Below are positions 13,467-26,800 of a DNA stretch of 64,000 nt, one piece after another. How positions within the stretch are numbered: the stretch's first letter is position 1; every line of letters begins with the position of its first letter. The position numbers and the translations under genes were made by a program. The notes below the pieces were generated by a model. The model was not told the DNA's origin, ran no database searches, and saw only the letters and a list, made by a program, of their open reading frames with translations. This DNA is from Camelus dromedarius (taxonomy: Eukaryota): contig NC_087437.1 of the NCBI RefSeq assembly GCF_036321535.1, forward strand, positions 43,526,001-43,590,000. Reading direction: 5' to 3'.

Positions 13467-14684
13467 AGGATAATCTATTAAACTACTAGTAGGTAGGATC
13501 ACTTCCAGTTTAAAGAACAGAACATAAGGCAAATGGGTGTTATAACCAAAAACCAAACTGTGAACAATGCCTGAAAAATACATAAGCCATTAGAAAATTC
13601 ATTTCACTGAAGCCTGGTTATGCATTTATTAGGAATATTAGCTTTGTTAACTTAAATAAGATCTCAATAAATGAGTGAAAATGCCACAAAATGAAGATAT
13701 CAACCAAGCTGGGCTCCCTGCTGTGAAATTCTGATAGTTACTCATATTAAAGATAAATTGCTTGATTAAAACTGGATATTTCTATTAAAACCAAAAGCAG
13801 TCCTTAAAAACAACTGTATAAATCAAGAAGTAAATATTCAAGAGAAAAAAATAGAGGTTTTGAAGCAGATATTTTAGTCCCACTTTTAATGTGGAAACTG
13901 CTTTCTTTATCTATAAATTGAAGATGATAAACATCTGGTCCAAATCTCATAAATATGTAATGAGAGCTGAATATGATTATCCACATGTATGCATTTTGAA
14001 ATCATTTATAGCTTATGCCTAAAACATTTTTTAAATTGCAAATATTACTTCTGCCTGAGATACCTGGCCATGATAAAAGCCATGCTGGTGCATGTGCTAA
14101 TTTGCAGCATTTAAGTTTGTTTATGATCTCCAGGTTTTAACACATGTAATGGAAAAAGAGGTCAGTTTTATTTGGCAGTACACTTTCAAAAATGTCCTGG
14201 TTTCATCTGAAACTGTGCTCAGAGATTCTCTTGGCACAGATTCCATTTAAATGTGTGGTAACATTATTTATTCTCATTGAAGGCCCTCCCTCGAGCTCTG
14301 GTATGAAGGGAGAGACTATAGTTCCACATATCTGGGTAAACAGTTACCGAAAGTGATTAAAACTTATTTAGTGGTAGGTAGCAGTGATTATGTTAATTTG
14401 CAATATATGTGCCGTCTTCTTAACCATTTAGTACAACATGGTAAAGATGTTGAAAAGGAAGGCCTAATCTAATTAATCTCAGAAGTAAAAAGTTCAAAAG
14501 AATCTGCCAGCATGAAATAGGCACCCTTGTGAAATGAAAACTTACTGTTAGTAAACTCAGATATCTCAGAGATCAGCTGTGAAAAATCTGTGGAGTTACT
14601 TCTCTCAGGCAATGAAGTTTTGTCCTGGAAGTTTCAGTGGTTCTTGAGGTTCGCTTACGGATGGGATGCAGTGCGGGTGTGTTT

Positions 14685-14694
14685 TGCTGAGTCA
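14685..14694 (-). promoter_or_regulatory. AP-1/MAF (ARE/MARE-like) motif TGACTCAGCA in a repeat-free block
   Basis: TGCTGAGTCA on +, with CAGCTGTCA (E-box overlapping a MEIS/TGIF site) ~15 nt downstream. Motif match only. Confidence 0.3.
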
Positions 14695-15179
14695 GAGATT
14701 CCTCATGGCAGCTGTCAGGGCTGAAGCATCAGCTTTAAAGATGTGCCTTAAACTTTGCTGTGACTTGTGGCGACTCTTCAACCTTCCTGTGGATGACAGA
14801 AGGCATAATTTAGTTTATTCAGGTTTTGCATTAATGGAGTATGGGGTTTGTGTTCTTTGTGAGCAACAAAATGGAAAGAAAAATCTACCTTGAGTTTTCC
14901 AGGATTTTACTTAAAATGAAAATCCGCAATGTAATCTCATGCTTTTATTGCTGCTCCCATTTTGCTATGCCAGACTCTAGACAACTTAGGAATCTTTCTA
15001 CATGGACTAAAATTTTTTTATGAATCAGCAGGTTCTTGTGTTAGAAGTGTTCGGCTGAAGTTATTCTATCACGTCCACTATGAAGTGAATTATTTTCACT
15101 AGTTTAATTTAACATGCTTTTATTGAGCTCCGCCCCACTGCTGGAATCATTTTCCAAAAGTGTGTGGCTAATCTTGTCT

Positions 15180-15490
15180 CTCAGTATAAAGTCTGCAATG
15201 ACTCTGCTTCCCAAAACTTTTGAATAAAGTCAGACCCCCTTAATACGGCATACAAGGCTCCTTGTGATATGACCATGCCTACCCCAATGTACAGTTCAAT
15301 TTCTTGATCCTGACTTCCAGCCATATTAACTTCTAAGTGTGGTTCCCCCAGTGGGCCATCCTCTCTCAAGCCACCAGGCCTTTATACAGGCCAAGGTTTA
15401 TATCAAAAAAGTTACTTTGAGTTTTCTCCCAAATCACTCAATTTCAGTTTAAAAGTCACCTCTTGCCAGAAGCTTTTTCAAACCCCTGTA
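15180..15490 (+). mobile_element. L2 remnant
   Basis: gaataaagtcagacccccttaatacggcatacaaggctccttgtgatatgacc..aaagtcacctcttgccagaagctttttc. Confidence 0.65.
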
Positions 15491-15516
15491 AAGGGCAAGG
15501 AAGGTGCCCCTCGGGT

Positions 15517-15660
15517 AGAGTGACAATTTTTCCTGGTTTCTAGGGGCAGGCAGTCCCAGTTTATGTCTGTGTTCTCAGAATTCCATTTGGTTAGTACCCC
15601 CTTTCGCTCTCAATACAGTGTATTGTCCTGGTTTGGGTGGTGTGTTGCATGGCCATCACA
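15517..15660. mobile_element. MER94-like hAT-Blackjack element
   Basis: tagagtgaca..cagtcccagtttatgtctgtg..tagtaccccctttcgctctcaa..gtcctggtttgg..catggccatcac resembles MER94 as recalled. Confidence 0.7.
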
Positions 15661-15724
15661 CTTCTGGGGCCTCCATATTCCCTCGTGCAACAAGAATATG
15701 ACTGTTTCCAAGTCAATCATATCT

Positions 15725-15925
15725 GATTTCAAAGCCCTCCCCTTCTGTCAACTGTGCAATGTGAACATAGGCAGTTAACTGACTCTTTTCGGCCTCAATT
15801 TCCTCATCCATAAAACTGGGACAATGATAACTAACTTCTGGTAGTTTGTGATTTTAAATTCAATTATGCATGCAAAGCACAGAGTTTAGTGCCTGCTATA
15901 TTACAGACGCTCAATGAACTACATT
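15725..15925 (+). mobile_element. MIR SINE
   Basis: ggcctcaatttcctcatccataaaactggg..tgcatgcaaagcac..agtgcctgctatattacagacgctcaat. Confidence 0.8.
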
Positions 15926-18539
15926 TGCCTTTTTTTTTTTAAACTTAGTAATGGTGCTGTGTTTTAATTACATGATATCTCCTTCACTGGACCATGAGCT
16001 TCCTAAAGACAGACTTGTGTTTATCTTTTATCTATTTTTCCTTGAGGCCTAGCAAAGTAGCTGCCACATTATATGCATTATAGACTATAAGACAATGGGA
16101 GCAGTGAAGAAACTGCACTTGTTTTCCCTGGGGAGATCAGGAGTGCTCACTGAGAAAGGCCACTTGAACAGAACTTCAACAGGTAGAAAGTTGTGAGAAG
16201 AAATGATATTCCAAACAAAGGGCCTGATCACTATATTTTCATTGTATGATGACTATCTTAGTAAATGATTTGTACTATCACTTAAAAAAAAAAAAGAGTA
16301 TTTCTAAAGTTGAATGCAAAAGTTCAGACTTTCAACCCTCTGAAGAGGCCTTTTGGCAGCCATTTTTTCAGTACAGGTATTACTTAGTGTGATTCCTCGT
16401 GTGATGATATGCAACTAAAAAAAAAAACACAGTTAGGCTTTTTTTTCCTTCTCGGTTTAACTGTTGAATGTTCCTGTGTATGTGTGGTGAGGAAGTGAGA
16501 TGTTCATTTCTTCCCCCTTTGCTTTTTAATATGATAATCATCTCTTAAAACTACAGTTAAAATTAATAAAGATCTTTTTTCTAAAATTAGAAGGATCTGT
16601 TTGCTTTGACAAGCTCTAACTGTTTATAGTGTCAGATTATTTTCAAAATATTACAGATGTGGAAAAGGGGTAGAATTAGTTTTGAGTCAAATTATGGCTT
16701 GTCGGCAGATAACACAATCAACCTTTCAAAAGCAAACACCTCTTTCCAAGTACAGTTGTTAGGAAATGAAAGCCTTATTCAAATGCTAAATAAGAAAAAT
16801 GACGATAGGCATATAAACTCCTCTGGTGAAAAGAAAAATAACAAAGAACAGTATTTCAGGCATGGTTTTGGAAGTGTCCCAACTGCAGGTGCTACCTCGC
16901 TGTTGATTGGTTCATTGGATGGCTGTGATGGTGTTGACAGCCCATCAGAGCCGGGAATTCAAATTAATGGACAGCTAATATCATGATTGAATTGTTCCTG
17001 ATCTATTTGAGGATGGAAAATCAATAGTCTATTAGAGTCATCAAGAAAAGATAGGGAAGGGAAAGCTTGCTGTATTTGCCTTCATCACCACGGCTACCCT
17101 AATTAAGCACTGCCTTAAGATGGAGAGGAGCCTGGAGAATTGAACTGGTAATGAGATTCAGGCTTGAAGTAAATGAAGCAACTTCACCATAAGGCACACT
17201 GACAGACAATTAGACCTCTTTATCAATGCAGCTTTCATCCAGAAATAAAACCTCATATGGCAGCTATAAAGTAAATGGGAGACTGGGAGGAACTGTAATT
17301 CTTTTTCTCAGCTTGCAGTTGTTCTTATAACTTCCACATTGTTTTGACATTTGGGTTTATTTGCATGAGAAGTTAGTCATAGTGAGTAACGTTTCATTTT
17401 TCCACATGGAAGTTCCTGGTGTGTCACATTTGTTGAAATGTTTCAAGAAAGGTTTTGATTAAGCATAAAACTGATTAGAGATAAGAAGCAATTTCCTCAA
17501 AAATTTCTGGACTGGAAAGGGAATATTCTAACGAGTAATAAATGCTGTTTGCATTTCAAAAATCCTTTCAAAATTATCTCAAAGTAGTTAATTTTATAGA
17601 TAAAGACTCATTTTGACTTCTCCAAATATCACCTTTTCCTCCAGTTAAAATTCCTCTGTCAGGAAAGACCATCACAAATAGGCAGAGAAGCTTCTCATCT
17701 AAATTTTCGGAACTGGAGCAGATTTTATTTTACACGCAATGATGGGATAGTGGGTTTTTGTTGGCAGTTAAATGTTCTGGTGAGTGGACAAGTATGAAAT
17801 ATGCTATTATAATAGAGGCAAATAATATAACCCATCTGCTTTTTCCAAAAAAGATACGCCTTTAAATCAGAGGCCTTTTGTTATGATGCAGGGCATTAGT
17901 GTTATGGTGAACTGCTGTACATAATATAAAAATATTATTACCTTTGAGAACCACACTGAAGACCAATACTCTGGAGAATAGTTTGTACTAGATGGCATAG
18001 CTGTACATTACCTATTAAATTTCTATACACATGCTGTAAGATTTTGAGTGGAAATGGCTAGAACATAATAACACCTTTCCTTTTTTTTTTTTCTTTCATT
18101 TCTCCCTGATACCGAATACTAGAAACTTCACACAACTGGTATTTATCATTTTCCTTTTCCTACATACAGAGCATTGGTAACATTTCCTGGCTTATCTTCT
18201 CTGTAAAAGCAGAAAGCTAAAAACACCTGGCTGTTTTCCCTCATCTCGTAGAGTAATGATATTTCACTTTATCTTTTGTTTACTCTTATATATTTAATAC
18301 AATTTTTCACTTCCTGGTCTCTCACAATGGCTTCTCATTTCTTCTTTCAGCATTACAAATCATCCTTCTTTAAGCTTTTGTTATTTTCTTATTTCTTCTG
18401 TAGTTGTTTGGTTATTTGTTCTTCTATCCATGTTCTATGGGTTGGCCATCTGAGCTCCAAAAATATTATAGTAATGCTTCACTTAAATTGACCATGCAAG
18501 CTTTAGAAATATTATAATAATATTTCACTAAAACTATTT

Positions 18540-19200
18540 TACTCAAATAGCTTTTACTGAGTACTTATTAGATATATCGCACTGGGGTGTATTCATACAG
18601 TTAGATGTGTGCAGTTAGTCATTCATTTACTTAAAAAATATCTATCTGTTGAATGTTTATAACTGAGTGTTCTGCATGTAGCTAACCCCATGGAGCACAG
18701 CATACTGGGGATTCAGAGATAATCTTACTAGGCATAGATTCAGCCTTTGAGTATTTAAAATACTTATTTTAAAAATTCAACATACAATATAACATATAAT
18801 ATAAGCTAGACATTTTTAAAGTTACATATAATCTAAATAAAAATGAAGAAAGAATATATTAGACATATATTTGATGAGTTGTAATGATACAGAAGATGTT
18901 GAGGTTTTTTTGTTTTTGTTCTTCTTTCTCAGGCATTAAAAGGGGTTTCGGGGAGGAAGTAGGATTTGAGTTCAATCTTGCAGGTGAGTAGGATCTTCAC
19001 GAGTAATGGAGAAGTAGAGAAAGGCCCATAGTCATGGAGGTGTGCCTATCAGCAAGGTTAGAGTTAGTTTCTTTTGGCAGGATCACAGGTTGGGTTGAGA
19101 TGGGTAGCATGAGGTCAGGGTCCAATCACAGAGGATATAAAGTGCTATGCTTGAGGAGTTTAAACATTATTCTGAAGCCAAATGGGTCAACTGCCCAAGA
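18540..19200 (-). mobile_element. Fragmented L2 remnant
   Basis: cattcatttact..tactggggattcagagataat..gaggaagtaggatttgagttcaatcttgcaggtgagtagga..gaggagtttaaacattattctgaag. Confidence 0.55.
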
Positions 19201-19254
19201 AGGTGGAGGATCCTTCTTTGCCTCAAATGCTTAAATCCCTGAAAACAGTGCAAT

Positions 19255-19440
19255 CACTACCATTGATTAAGACTTTATATTGTACCCAACTCAGTGATAA
19301 GATCTTAACACAAAACATCTCTTTCAACCCTTGGTAGAAATCATGAGTCTTCTTTTACAGATAAGTAAAGCGAAGTTCAGAAAGATTAAATCATTTGACC
19401 AAAGTCTTAACTACTAGAATCATAGAGGGATGATTTTAAC
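19255..19440 (-). mobile_element. MIR SINE
   Basis: ttttacagataagtaaagcgaagttcagaaagattaaatcatttgaccaaagtc is the antisense MIR core. Confidence 0.7.
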
Positions 19441-19801
19441 TGCTATTAGAATCTAGTCCTACTTTAAAGTTTATAGATGACATTGTTAACTTTTTGAGAT
19501 TAAGGAACTTTTTCATATATGCATTTTCTCTAAGAACTTAGTATTATTATATTCTTAGTATATAATACTTTCTCAAAAATTCAAGAGTAGTTACAACTTT
19601 CCATTATAAACAGAAGCTAAAGTTTTTCTATTTGATCTTTTCTCTCCATATTTCTGGATCTAGAAGCAAATGTACAAAAATCTATCAGACATCCATACTC
19701 AACAGATTCTCTTCTTGTCTTTCATAATGATTTTGGGAATTATTTTACTGCATTTCACTTATTCAAAGTGATTAATGGCCATGAATTTCTGTAACACCAT
19801 A

Positions 19802-20222
19802 CTTTTTAATTGTATATTTTATTTGAGATGATTGTAGATACACATACAATTGTAAGAAATAACACACAGAGGTCTCATGTTACCTTTACCCAGTTTCTCA
19901 CAATGGTAATATTTTGCAAAACTGTAGTGCAATATCACAACCAGGATAGTGATATTGACACAGGCAAGATAAAGAATAACTCCTTCACCACAAAGATCTC
20001 CCATTTTGCCCTTTTAGAGCCACATCCACTGCCCTCCAGCTCCACCTCCTCCTCCTTCACCCCTTGGCAACCACTAATCTGTTCTTCATTTCTATAATTT
20101 TGTCATGTCAAGAACATTATATAAATGTAATCATGTAGTAAGTAAGATTGGAGATTGGTTGGCATTTTTCACTCAGCCTAATTCTCTGGAGATTCATGCA
20201 GGTGCTGCATATATATCAATAA
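19802..20222 (-). mobile_element. L1MC-type 3' UTR fragment
   Basis: T-rich start, then gtagatacacatacaattgtaagaaataacacacagagg..tacccagtttc..gtgcaatatcacaaccaggat..ccttggcaaccactaatctgttc. Confidence 0.85.
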
Positions 20223-23200
20223 CTATGTTTTTGCATACTAAAATATAAGTAATGCCTTAAATATTGAGTGAATCTATGTATTTCAGAAATGAGTCTTTGA
20301 TACGTTTATAGCAAAAAAAGTCTAAGTTTTAATAGAGCTCTGTGTACAGTTGCATACTGAATATTGTAAATAACTTTATGCTGAATTGTCTTATTGTTTG
20401 GTTTTTTGCTAAGCTTTTAGAATTAATTGGCTTATTTGGAAGAAGAAATGAAAAACAATTAATAGCATAATATAATCTGAGAACAACTGTCTTCTAATAA
20501 TTTTAAGTGAATATTACTGTACTTGAGAGTGATTTATCCTTCTGGGAAAACTTGTGAAAATGATAAGCTCCCTTATCTAAATTTCCAAATTTTTTTTTCC
20601 CCTCTATTTGCAGCCTTCTGTTGAGCATGTGTTACTTCTTGTCCATCATTTCCTAGTTTGGATTTAACTAGATTTAAAGTCACTGTTACGTGCTGTGGCC
20701 ATTGTAGCTTTTTGGATTTGCTTCTCAACTTCTTTTCTCTATGCCTAACTTATAAGGACTCCTTCCTCTTGTTTGACCATGCACATTTTATTAAGCCACT
20801 TAACTTTCATAAACATTTTACTTGACCTACACTGTCGAAAAAATTCTTTCTTTTCCTTCGATAGTGTTTTTCTTTATTGCTGACCTTATGACTCCATAAA
20901 GAAACTAACTTGTTAAAAACATTTCTTTATCCTTCTTTATTTTGACTCAGTTGAATTTTTATCCAGGTTGGAAAAAAGTCTTGGCCATTAATGTGTTGTA
21001 CCTTATTGGAATATTTATGATCAGCAAAGATGTGAAGATATTTTAAGCATCTAAAGATTCCTTTCAGGGTTACATTTGGTGTTACTCTCTAGGAACAAAT
21101 CCTTTGAAATTTAAATGTGGATTCGTGTCTGCTGATGTTGTAGCATTTCGTGTCTGAAGGAAAATCAGAAGCTGTCCATAAGTTCCTAAACCATTTCTCG
21201 CTTGGTCACCTGAAAGGGGAAACAATGCAAAGGCCTTTTTGTGAATTAAAAGACATGCTAAAGAACTGCAAAAACCTAAAACACTGCTTCGCTTAATTCT
21301 GTGAAGTGTCCCACATTTTTTGGTTTTCAGAGCGGTATACACTTGATTTGTCATTTTTAGAAGTGAACACTCTGCTGGTACATACTTCTCCAAAGCTATT
21401 AAACCTTGAATCACAGATGTTCGCTTGGGTGGCTTCTCCTTGGCGAACATTTCCCTGATTTGTAGTTAGTTAATTCTCTGTTCTGTCGGGGACTGTGCTA
21501 CATTTCCCTGTAGATTTGTACTTTCTTTTTCACGTCTCTACCTCCCAGATGAACTAATCACAGCATTCAGTCTGGCTGTTTGCATACTCTGTCTGGGGTT
21601 TATTTCTGTCTAGCTATTTTAAAGGGATGTTTATATCGTTGTATTTTTTCAGGTAAAATTAGATATTATTCTTGTTCTTGTTTGGATCCAACATCCAGAA
21701 AAAAACAAACCAAAGCATAGAAACCTGAAATCAGTGGAAAACAAGTGTTTTTATTTTTTGCTAATTTACTTTTCAAGTATTGTTTTTTCTTTGGACTTAA
21801 GCACATTGTAGAGATGAATGTTTATCAAAAGAGAGCTATTATGACACCAAGCCCCAGGACAATGCCTAGCACCTGGGAAGCACTCAAAAAATATTCCAGT
21901 GTGTGAACAAATGAACAAGGGATAAAGAATGTTTGCTTGATGTAGACTGCCAAAATATGTCATTTTGACCAAAGGATCCTAGTCGAGGATATTGTTTTCC
22001 CAATACCATGGCTCTTTGCTTAAATTATCTGGATAAATGCCTCAATTTTTCAATGTATTTTGGCTATATAAACATAGGACCATAGAACATTTTCTTTTAA
22101 CCTAGGGAGACCCAGGGTGAAACGTAGATGGGTTAAACAAATTTAAAGCACTACACAAGAAATGTATTATTCTAGAGGACAATCCTTTTCTGCCTTCTGG
22201 TAAATAGTTACTGCTGCTTTTGAAAGGTCACATTCAGAAACACCCAAGGCAAGTGTTGAGAAATATTTATTGTCAATCCTTCTTATACACGCCTGGGCAC
22301 CACCTGGCACTAAATGGCAGTAACTTTGTCCTCATGAATCAGCCAGAGCAGATCATTTTTTAAATCATCATTTTAATTTTTTAAAGGTATTTTAAAGAAT
22401 TGAGATTCTGTGATTTTCTTAACTATTAGCTATTACTTTTGTTAATTACTATCAGCCAGGCTAAGAGAGGAGGTCTCACCTCATATTCCATAGAATGGCC
22501 AGGTGAGGTAGTGAAGTTGGCAGGAGGTGGGACTATGAGGCACAGTCCCCAGGGAAAGCCGGAGCTGCTTCTAAGCTCTGATAGATTATATGTAAGAAGG
22601 CAGAACCTCCAGATTATACAATTCCAGATGCGTATGCAAGAAAACTCCAGAAAAAGGAAAGCAATGGGATAATGAACACTAGTGATACAGAATGGTGATT
22701 ATGTTTGCTGGAGGAAGGAAAGGAATGAATTATAAGATACAGGTTATTTTTAAGATCCTGTCTTATGGACTGAATAGAGGGTTCCTGAGTGCTCTTATAT
22801 TATTAAAAAGAAAATGCGAACGAAATAAATGAGCACATGAACTTACCTATGAATTTACAAGGGAAGTATGTCCTAAAACAAGTATCAAATTCTGTGCATA
22901 TTAAGTCTAATGTAAAAATGTGTTACACCAAGCTAAACACATGTACTGTTCGATCTACCAGTGAACCTAGTCCTGGAAATACCAATTTTCAGCTTCAGAG
23001 AAGAACCCAACTAACAAGATGATTATTATGTAGATGAGGAGTTGATATGTAAGATCAACAGCAGTTGAATGGAATGACTCAAGAAAGGTCACAAAGTAAT
23101 GTGTGAATAATTCCCAAATTAATACGTAGGCAGTTGGCACTAGCTCAAGAACTGGGTAAATTTCTAATTGCCTAGAAAGATTTCTGTATGAGGTATAAGA

Positions 23201-24734
23201 ACTAAGTCTTAATGTATAGGTAGTTTATATATAAGAACTTCACAAGGTCAACATATCCAGCTGAAAAATAGCCACCTGGATATTGAAATAGATATATAGA
23301 TAGACATCAATTTAAACTTTCTCTTACTCCATTGTCATATGTGTAAGTTAAAAAAAAAAACTCCCTATGTTTCAGAAGGCTGTTATGAATATAAGAACTA
23401 ATTCAAAAAACAGCGTTTGAACTTCATGGATACAGTCATTAAAATAAATGTGAGACAGCTCAGTGCTATTACTATTATTATTCTGAACTGATCACTGAAA
23501 TGCCTATTTCTCTCTCTTTTTCTTTTTTGACTCAGTGCTATTTCCGTGATATTTGTTAATACCACTCTGTTCTGCTCACTGTTCAATAGCTCCACGACAC
23601 AGATTAACTGCTCAGGTTGGACGTAAAATGTACTGTATATCTTCGATTGTATTGAAAAGTCATTCTAAAATGTCACTCATTACTCCTGGTTCTCTATTCA
23701 AATTATGAATTCAAACAGTAGGAGACCAAGTAAATTGATTTAAAAGTCTTTATTTATAAACCAGTAACATCACATTTTTAAAGATATGTTAGGCTAAAAT
23801 GCAAATGTAATTTAGTCTTTATTTGGGGCCCATTATTGATTAACCTTGAATCTGGCACAGTGATTAGCATGTAAGTAGGTACTCAAAAGTCAGTGATCAA
23901 ATAAATGAATGGTTTGGCCTTTTTCTTTTTAAATTAATCCTCAGAACAACTTGATACAAGCCACAAACTTTATGACTAAACACAAGCATGCATGTCATTT
24001 CTGTAGAATATGTTTATCATAAGCACATATGCCTACATGCACATAGTATCCTCTAAAATGTTTGCTTTTTCATCTTCAAGGAATATTAAAGTTATCATAG
24101 AATAGATAGGTTAGTAAGGAAAGGAAAATGAGAATAATCAAAATAGAAATAATCTCACCACTCATACCAGATTTTTAATGTCTATTTTTTTATGTCCTAT
24201 ACTAGTAGTAAATGCTTTGACATTTTTCTTCATTTGAAGGCATCACTCCTAAAAGCATTTCCTTATCAACACTCTATAAGCTCCAAAAGACAGATTTTCA
24301 CATGCAAGTAGATTAGGATATTAATTTCATACACTTTCAAAAAAATTGATCCTCAAAGAATTCAACAATAAATACAGAGATTTTGCGCTTCTAATGTTTC
24401 TGAAGAAAAATGGTAAACTGAAAGCAATTCACAAAGGATATGTTTTATCTTCCAAATAGACAAAGTTTTATGAGACATATTCTTTACTATTTAATTCAAA
24501 TATATTCTACCCTAGGATTTATTAGGGGAAAGTGTCAGTAAAAAGTGATTTAAAACTTCGTGGTACTATTACTTTCTTATCATTCTTGCCTCCCTTAACT
24601 AAATGAATTTAAATCCTCTTTTTGTCCTGAGAACTTTGCAGCAATTATTATTATGAAAACAACAATTGGAGATGCCTTGTGTTTTTTTAGATCTGGTGGT
24701 AGGAACTAATGAGCTTAACTTCTACACAGTTAAA

Positions 24735-24945
24735 TAACTGAAGTTAAGAATCCACTTCCCTGGGTTTGCATCATGGCTTTGTAACTTACTAGCTCATTCA
24801 CCTTGGAATAATCAATTAACTACTCCGAGAATTTAATTATTTAAAATGTGGATGCAAGTAGCCCTTCTGTCATGGAGCTGTTGTACAGATTTAGTAAAAT
24901 GATTCTTGTAGAGGTCTTAGGTACCTAATATTTAGAAGTATAATA
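24735..24945 (+). mobile_element. MIR SINE
   Basis: cctgggtttgcatcatggctttgtaacttactagct..ccttgga..catggagctgttgtacagattta. Confidence 0.7.
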
Positions 24946-26134
24946 ATACTTTAAAATTCTTCTGATATTTGATAAGCCCACTGTTAAATTTTTATATATC
25001 GTTAACTGCACGTGGATGAATCAACTGAAATCTTAAAGGTCGAAAACTTGAAGGGTCTCTATCAGCCCTTTTTATAATCACGCTATAAATCTTTGGAAAT
25101 CAGGATTTATAACAGCAGCTTAGACAGAATTTAACTACAACACAGCAGAGGTAGGTGCCGCTCTAATAAAGGTAATTTTTCATTTTGCCAGAAGCTCTCT
25201 TCTCTAACTTTGTCTCCCCCTCCTTCTCTATTTTTAGATTAAGTGGTACAAAGATTAGCTGGAAATTTTCAATATGTTAAATGGAACTACCCTTGCATAA
25301 CAGAAATATATTTCTACATCATATTTATTTAGGCTGAGATACTGGTTTTAATTTTTCAGTGTTGTACATGCACAAACTTTAGTTTTTATGCCAGTGATCC
25401 AACCTGCTTGTATTTCCTGGCTGTTTTCACCTTTTGTGGCTTTTAGAGTATTAGAAGTATTTAGGCATTTAAGTTCCCAGAAACACAGCCTGCGGGAACA
25501 AACGTACATGGTAAACATTAAGGGGGAGACTTTAGGTAACTTATTAAAATACCAATCTATGAATATCAACTTAAATCCCCCAGTAATATGACTGAAGTTG
25601 TAAAAATGATCTCTTCTCTCATTTTGCATAATCCTCTGTTTTAAAATGGCATATAAACAGTTTCAAAGCTCCCAGGAGTGCTCTAAATATTGTAAAGTGG
25701 ATGTTTCATATGAGTTTATTTGATGCTTCACTCAGTGAGGACTTCAGTTTCAACTAGATCAAGTTACAAAAATAATTACTTTGTCAAAAACAACCCCCAA
25801 ATATAAACACACTTTCTTTCCTTCAAAATCTGTTTCCTCTTAAAGTGCAAATTTGGTAAACATGAGTTTCCTCACATACTTTCTACTTATGTTTGTCACA
25901 TTTACGTTATGCCGCAGAGTTTACATGCATTTCTGCATTGTCTGTAAGGTGCTGTTATCCTTGTCCTCCTCACAGATGCACCCAGCAAACACAGGTTTCT
26001 GTCTAATACTCAAATTTTTTTCTCAGCTAGAAGGTTCTAGCAATGCTTCTAGCTCTCCTCTCTCAGCGAGTAGGATTTCCCCATTCACGGCGATCTCTGA
26101 CTCTCCAGATTCCTTAATCTCAGTACTGTGCTAC

Positions 26135-26280
26135 AAAATAGTAGGCATCATTATCCATTTGTTAAAGGCAAGGAGACTGTGGTTTAGAGGGATTTGTTCA
26201 AGGTTACAAAGCCAACAAAGAGTAAAAGTTGGACAGGAACCTAGGTTTTCCAAACCTTGATACAGACAGCCATGCCACCT
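26135..26280 (-). mobile_element. MIR SINE
   Basis: gtaggcatcattatccatttg..gagactgtggtttagagggatttgttcaaggttaca..ggaacctaggttttcc. Confidence 0.7.
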
Positions 26281-26324
26281 GGTTTGCAAAAGACTATCGA
26301 CTATACTGACTTTTAACATTCCAT

Positions 26325-26453
26325 GATTGTGGACTGTCTCCTTTAAAATTTATTATGATTGTTGGTTTTTCCTACTGCAAATTAAAAATCAAAGCCAGCA
26401 GAGTGTGGTCCATGAAGCAGTAAGTACACTGAAGTTAGACTTGGGTTCAGATC
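26325..26453 (+). repeat. Left arm of ~130-bp inverted duplication (partner 29255-29385)
   Basis: Manual alignment to the reverse complement of 29255-29385 gives about 7 substitutions and 2 single-base indels (~93% identity). Confidence 0.95.
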
Positions 26454-26610
26454 CTGGGTGGCTACCTGCTACCACTGTGACCTTGGAAAAGTGTTTTATT
26501 TAATCTTCCTGAGTTTACTTATTTGCCAATGAGAGGATTAAATGAGATAACTAAAGTGCTTCGTTAAGACACTGGTGGCACTTAAGCTCAATAAATAATA
26601 ACCATTATTT
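26396..26610 (+). mobile_element. MIR SINE whose 5' part lies in the duplicated arm
   Basis: gaagttagacttgggttcagatcctgg..ctgtgaccttggaaaag..gaggattaaatgagataa..aagctcaataaata. Confidence 0.8.
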
Positions 26611-26629
26611 TATAAAACTTAAAACCTGT

Positions 26630-26800
26630 GGGAAAATAGGATTAGATATCAGACAGTGTTTGGGCTCTAGCCCTGGTTCTCCATATAACTACTGTGTGAC
26701 CTTGAACAAGTCTTACTGTCTGGATATTGTTTTCCTCATCTGTTAAACAGATATGTAAAACCATATTACAGAATCCATATAAAGATAAATGATTCATGGA
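26630..26800 (+). mobile_element. MIR SINE
   Basis: atcagacag..ccctggttctccatataactactgtgtgaccttgaacaagtc..ttttcctcatctgttaaa. Confidence 0.75.

Noticed and set aside
16657..16986. 109-aa ATG-initiated ORF as a microprotein gene
   Set aside because: No recognisable homology or supporting promoter/splice structure; the region reads better as non-coding regulatory sequence
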